IMG/VR virus record: IMGVR_UViG_3300039066_000012
Span: 1 to 40,015 of that record
Origin: a virus
Taxonomy: Duplodnaviria > Caudoviricetes
Length of the DNA: 40,015 nucleotides
Strand: one strand, 5' to 3'
Part shown: piece after piece, positions 36,242-40,015 of the stretch
Position numbering within the stretch: the first letter of the stretch is position 1
Layout of the letters: the number at the start of each line of letters is the position of its first letter
Program-made: the position numbers and the translations under genes
The notes under the pieces: model-generated
Told to the model about the DNA's origin: nothing
Database searches by the model: none
What the model saw: the letters and a program-made list of their open reading frames with translations, nothing else

Positions 36242-36438
36242 TATGCTTTCCCTTCCATTTCATATCCATAATCTTTCCAGCGCGGGCCGCTTAAGGGCCA
36301 AACAATATTGCGCTTAATCCAATGATAGCGCCATTGCGCTTGCCCATATGTTAGGCCGCGCCATACTAGCGTTTCGCCATTATCAAGATTGATATATGCG
36401 CGAAACCTATCGCTTGTTATTTGCTTTGCCATTGCCAT
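36241..36438 (-). CDS. Hypothetical Trp-rich protein (65 aa)
   Basis: TAATG-coupled at both ends. Confidence 0.75.
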   Translation of the reverse strand: MAMAKQITSDRFRAYINLDNGETLVWRGLTYGQAQWRYHWIKRNIVWPLSGPRWKDYGYEMEGKA

Positions 36439-37304
36439 TATCCCACAACAAAACCGGATTGATCGCGGCGAGCCTTGCCCTTAGCGTATAGCGCCACAAT
36501 AACGCCATTAGGCTCAATATGCCGGATATCGCTATTATCGCCGTCAACGATAGGCAAGCCCAAAAACGTATCGCCATTGGCTAACATTGCCTCAACGATT
36601 GCACGATTGCGAAAAACGACGGCGATACGCTCGCCATTATCGACTGCCTTAGCGATATAGGGCGCATAATCTGCGACGCCTGAATAACTAAACGTCAAGT
36701 CATAATTGGCAGGGATATTGCGACGGTTCGCAAGCTTTGTATAATCATAAAATTGGATATCTGGCAGGGCTTGCATAATGTTGCGCCCGGCATAGCCAGC
36801 AACAGGGATATTTTCCCAGCGGATATCGCTTGTCCCATTAAGCCTAACAATAAGCTTGTATCCCTTGCGCTTTGCCTTGGCCCGTTCACGAATAAGCTCA
36901 TTATGCAATTGATGCATAAATTGTTCGCGATATTGATTAAAATATAGCGTTTTACGCAAGCGCGATAACATAACGTTAGACATAGCGCCGCGGCCCGCGG
37001 TGAATAAGCAAGCCTTTTCACAACCCGCTATCTTTGCCATTGGGCACAATTGCACGCCCGATTGCTTGGCTGGCATAAGGTACAATATCGCCGTTTTTAT
37101 GCCATATTTTTCACCCTTGATAGTTTTGGCGTTAGTGTCGATCCCTAGCAATTTTTCGGGCAATCGTGAAAAGAGCGAACGATTATGATCATTGCCTATT
37201 ATCTGCAATTGGATATCCAGCGAAAGCGCCGATATATCATAAGCAAGGGATTGATCGCCGAAACGGTTATTATATGCAAACGGGTGATTAATGAAATGCA
37301 ACAT
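36438..37304 (-). CDS. GP88-like protein with a three-Cys motif (radical-SAM-like)
   Basis: CPMAKIAGCEKACL; RLNGTSD; QFYDYTK; NYDLTFS; AAGGA RBS before MLHFINHPF. Confidence 0.7.
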   Translation of the reverse strand: MLHFINHPFAYNNRFGDQSLAYDISALSLDIQLQIIGNDHNRSLFSRLPEKLLGIDTNAKTIKGEKYGIKTAILYLMPAKQSGVQLCPMAKIAGCEKACLFTAGRGAMSNVMLSRLRKTLYFNQYREQFMHQLHNELIRERAKAKRKGYKLIVRLNGTSDIRWENIPVAGYAGRNIMQALPDIQFYDYTKLANRRNIPANYDLTFSYSGVADYAPYIAKAVDNGERIAVVFRNRAIVEAMLANGDTFLGLPIVDGDNSDIRHIEPNGVIVALYAKGKARRDQSGFVVG

Positions 37305-37424
37305 GTTAAAATATCCTTTAATGTTAAAATTAATGTTAAAATTGCGGGCCAAAGATAAACGCGTCAAGCGCAAGGGCCGCGATCAAGTAAAGCGCGAATA
37401 GGGCGCAATGGGTTATTGTTTGTT

Positions 37425-37655
37425 TCATGACGCCCAATATCCAAGCTTGCGAGCGTTATCCTTTAACCGGGCAACGTCGCTTGTCTTAACGCGGCGCGTA
37501 GTAAGCTTGCGCCCATTTTCGCCATAATAACCGATTGTACTATGGAAAGTCCAATGAGTAACGCGAACATGTTTGCGCGAGCGGCGCATAATAATAGGGC
37601 GCGGCGCGGGCTTGCGCGATAGTGAGGCAATTGCCTTCTTGATTAGGTTGATCAT
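37425..37655 (-). CDS. Small basic hypothetical protein
   Basis: TAAGGG RBS; first gene after the promoter. Confidence 0.7.
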   Translation of the reverse strand: MINLIKKAIASLSRKPAPRPIIMRRSRKHVRVTHWTFHSTIGYYGENGRKLTTRRVKTSDVARLKDNARKLGYWAS

Positions 37656-37690
37656 TGTTTTGGTCCCTTACTGTTAAAATCAATAAAGCC

Positions 37691-37763
37691 CTCTTAAACA
37701 CGTCATTATGACGCGTCAATAAGAAAATGACGCCCGATGCAAATTAATTTGCACCTTATGACG
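37691..37763 (-). promoter_or_regulatory. Promoter TTGACG-N17-TAAGAG with palindromic operator
   Basis: CGTCAT-T-ATGACG palindrome (37701-37713) in the spacer; more ATGACG at 37727 and 37758; perfect palindrome TGCAAATTAATTTGCA at 37738-37753. Confidence 0.6.
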
Positions 37764-37881
37764 CGGCGTCGTTGTGCCCCTATATATAAAGCCTAAAATC
37801 GCTGCATTGACGCAAGCTTGGCGCTTGGCAGGAAGCCAGCAACATTATTGCTCAATATTGATATATTATTGCGCCATTGAG

Positions 37882-38060
37882 CGATAGGGCCGCATCGGAC
37901 CTAAATCGACCGATAGGGCCGAACCGGACCTAAATCGACCCCCCCATACGATTTATGGAGCAAAATTTAGGGGCATACGATTTATGGGCCAAAATTTAGG
38001 GGCATACGATTTACGAGGCAAAAATACCCCGCCTACGATTTCTGGGCCAAAATTTTCCGC
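37882..38060. repeat. Two convergent arrays of 29-bp tandem repeats
   Basis: Unit A at 37882 and 37911; unit B at 37945, 37974, 38003, 38032. Confidence 0.9.
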
Positions 38061-38078
38061 CATTCATCCACCCATAAA

Positions 38079-38104
38079 AAAAGGCCCGCACAATGGCGGG
38101 CCTA
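38079..38104 (-). terminator. Terminator, copy 2 (identical 26 bp to 35718-35743)
   Basis: AAAAGGCCCGCACAATGGCGGGCCTA; longer T tract on the minus strand. Confidence 0.85.
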
Positions 38105-38124
38105 AAGTGAGAGAGTTTTAATAA

Positions 38125-39114
38125 TTACTTACGACCCCGCGCTGGCTTAGGCGAGAGGCACGGTGTCCCGGCTGCGGCAAACGCCATCCAGACATCAACA
38201 TCCTGACACATAAGTTCACGTGCAGCAGCACCCTCACCCATTGATTGCAATTGACGCGTCTGCTTCAAACGGACGCAGTTTTTGTCGGTCCATGATGTCC
38301 CAAGCGAAAAGCCAAAGCCAATCCCCTGACCGCCTGCGCTGGATGAACCCATGCAAGTGTCCGAACCAGCCACCAATTGCGGAGCGTATGCCGTGGAAGC
38401 CGCTGCGCGATACTGATCGCCCTCGACGTTGACGCTAGAGTTATTCGCGTTCGCCGTTGATTGGCTTTGGTTTGAATTTGACGCAGTATTGCTGGTGACG
38501 GGGCCTGTGGTTGCAGACGCCGTGCCACCTTTGGCATCAATCGAATTGACATTGGTGCTGGTAACCGGACCAGTTGTGGCTAACGCCGTGCCACCAGTTG
38601 CGTTATTCGCGTTGCTGTTGGTGCTAGAAACAGGCCCAGTGGACGAATAAGCCGTGCCGCCGGTAGCGTTGTTCTCGTTGGTGCTCGAAACAGGGCCAAC
38701 ATATGCGCTGCCCCCATCACCACCAAACGCCGTGTTCTGGTTACTTGCAGAGACGTTCACAGCGTTGTCCAGTGTGTTGGTCAGTGGACCTACGTTATTT
38801 GTGTTTTCAAGCGCGTTGGCGTTGCGATTTACGTTGCGGTTGGTGTTATCCACGGCATTAAACGCAAGGGCTGCACTGTCGCTGTTGCTCAATGCCGCTG
38901 CACCGCTGCTGCTTGTAGAGGCCACTGGACCAACATTGACCGATGGCGAGGTGACCGCCGGGGTTGTTGGAGTTGTGGGCGTTGTGGGCGTGCTACCGCA
39001 AGTAGTTTGACCGTTGCCGCAAGTCCCGTTGCCGTTGGCCGAAGACACTGCAAGTGCTTCTACAGGGATTGTTGTTGCTGCGAGTAGTGCAGCCGCGATG
39101 ATTGTCTTCTTCAT
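38125..39114 (-). CDS. Exported Thr/Asn/Ser-rich repeat protein with Cys-containing C-terminal domain
   Basis: AAGGAG RBS; Sec signal MKKTIIAAALLAA...ALA; GPV(S/T)STN..NATGGTA repeats; DTC...DKNC...LMCQD. Confidence 0.8.
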   Translation of the reverse strand: MKKTIIAAALLAATTIPVEALAVSSANGNGTCGNGQTTCGSTPTTPTTPTTPAVTSPSVNVGPVASTSSSGAAALSNSDSAALAFNAVDNTNRNVNRNANALENTNNVGPLTNTLDNAVNVSASNQNTAFGGDGGSAYVGPVSSTNENNATGGTAYSSTGPVSSTNSNANNATGGTALATTGPVTSTNVNSIDAKGGTASATTGPVTSNTASNSNQSQSTANANNSSVNVEGDQYRAAASTAYAPQLVAGSDTCMGSSSAGGQGIGFGFSLGTSWTDKNCVRLKQTRQLQSMGEGAAARELMCQDVDVWMAFAAAGTPCLSPKPARGRK

Positions 39115-39153
39115 GATATTTTCTCCTTGGGTTAAATTAACGTCTACAGGTTT

Positions 39154-39513
39154 TTAAAGGCCCCATTCTAAACCAGCCTCATGCTCATCGCGGCAAAGTT
39201 GCTCCCAGTCCATCCAGAACTCAACCTCTATTTCGCTCTGACGCCAAATGGTGCTAAAGACTGGGCGGGCATAAGCCTCCTCAATCATATTATCAACGAT
39301 AGTTGCCCAGTGGGGGGCGGACTTAATCGCCCGCATAACAGTGGCCTTGTTGGTCTGAGCCGTCACGCCTTCTTGTCTGCCTGTCATAATGGCCTTTGCG
39401 ATCAAGCCGACCAGTTCACAACGCTGTGCCTCGTCGTCCGTAATCTCACGCGCTTGCAATGGGCTGAGCGACAACAATGCCGCTGCGCCAATGATAGATA
39501 GTTTCTTAATCAT
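39154..39513 (-). CDS. Exported helical protein
   Basis: Signal MIKKLSIIGAAALLSLSPLQA; two Cys; IMTGRQEG, AYARP. Confidence 0.8.
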   Translation of the reverse strand: MIKKLSIIGAAALLSLSPLQAREITDDEAQRCELVGLIAKAIMTGRQEGVTAQTNKATVMRAIKSAPHWATIVDNMIEEAYARPVFSTIWRQSEIEVEFWMDWEQLCRDEHEAGLEWGL

Positions 39514-39557
39514 AATCATATTCCTTAAAGTTAATTCCCCGTTTGGGTGGTTGGAAG

Positions 39558-39773
39558 TTAGACCGGACTGACAAAGCCGTCAAGCGGAATCTTTACACCT
39601 AGTGCTTTTGCACATTCCCGCGACCAATATTCAAAGCCGAAGATGGGCCAACCGTCCTCATCCAATGGATCAAGGCCACGCTTTGCAGCGCAGTCCAAAA
39701 TCACCATAAGATTGTTTAGAAGGTCCGTAGCGAACAGGTGCCGTGGTCCTTCGTGTTCGATGTTGTCGTTCAT
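39558..39773 (-). CDS. Hypothetical protein (71 aa), allele 2
   Basis: Five amino acid differences from 134-349. Confidence 0.85.
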   Translation of the reverse strand: MNDNIEHEGPRHLFATDLLNNLMVILDCAAKRGLDPLDEDGWPIFGFEYWSRECAKALGVKIPLDGFVSPV

Positions 39774-39853
39774 GTTAATCTCCTATTTCTAAAACCCCAA
39801 TCGTCTGGGTGTTTGCAGAATTAGGACGCTTGGATTTCTGTGTCAAGCGATTT

Positions 39854-40015
39854 TTATAGGCGGTCCATATAGCGTGACAATATGCGATCCACGTGCCTTG
39901 GGAGCGAATAGTTCAACTGCTTCTTACCAGCGCCGTAGTAGTCGAATTTCTTTTTATAGTTGGTCCCATCAACGAACACGAGCATCATCTTCATGTCGTC
40001 TTTGCCTTTGCGCTC
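39854..40015 (-). CDS. Partial C-terminus of the neck-like protein, allele 2
   Basis: Ends YSLPRHVDRILSRYMDRL versus ...ILMRYMDRL at 429. Confidence 0.85.
   Translation of the reverse strand, partial: ERKGKDDMKMMLVFVDGTNYKKKFDYYGAGKKQLNYSLPRHVDRILSRYMDRL

Larger units (their letters stand above)
39428..40015. repeat. Terminal overlap, allele 2 (matches 1-590)
   Basis: Identical flanks, divergent middle. Confidence 0.97.

Noticed and set aside
37882-38060. Mini CRISPR array
   Set aside because: Units are head-to-tail with no unique spacers, and there are no cas genes.
39428-40015. True direct terminal repeat of the virion
   Set aside because: The copies are divergent, cut through genes, and the GpA terminase with a cos-like site points to ends elsewhere.
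1-40015. tRNA genes or stop-codon recoding
   Set aside because: No cloverleaf noticed by eye (tRNAscan not run); core genes are intact in the standard code.

Overview
The window is an essentially complete, circularly assembled genome (~39.4 kb unit) of a tailed dsDNA siphovirus-like phage with a Gram-negative host (Rz/Rz1 spanins). No integrase, tRNA or CRISPR array was seen. Bases 1-590 and 39428-40015 are two divergent alleles of one segment, most likely an assembly overlap of two strains. Modules: primase-helicase with an adjacent iteron-like origin; a replication block (DUF2800 nuclease, SSB, HNH, family-B-type polymerase, VRR-NUC, SNF2 helicase); small hypotheticals; lysis (GH19 endolysin, holin, Rz with embedded Rz1); and a minus-strand lambda-like virion operon (TerS/GpA TerL, gpW, portal, protease-capsid fusion, two tandem tail tube paralogs, frameshifting chaperone, TMP, tail tip, fibre). 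The most unusual part is 35.4-39.5 kb. A lambda-like cosQ/cosN site is followed, on the predicted first-injected end, by a ~2.4 kb cassette with shifted codon usage, bracketed by two identical terminators. The cassette holds a palindromic-operator promoter, small orphan genes with 20-bp repeated junctions, a Cys-motif GP88-like protein, an Aca-like terminal HTH gene missed by the ORF track, and a convergent 29-bp-period repeat array; it is a candidate anti-defence/early-entry module. Next to it lie two exported proteins, one with beta-solenoid-like repeats. Family names are recognised from motifs by eye; no searches were run.
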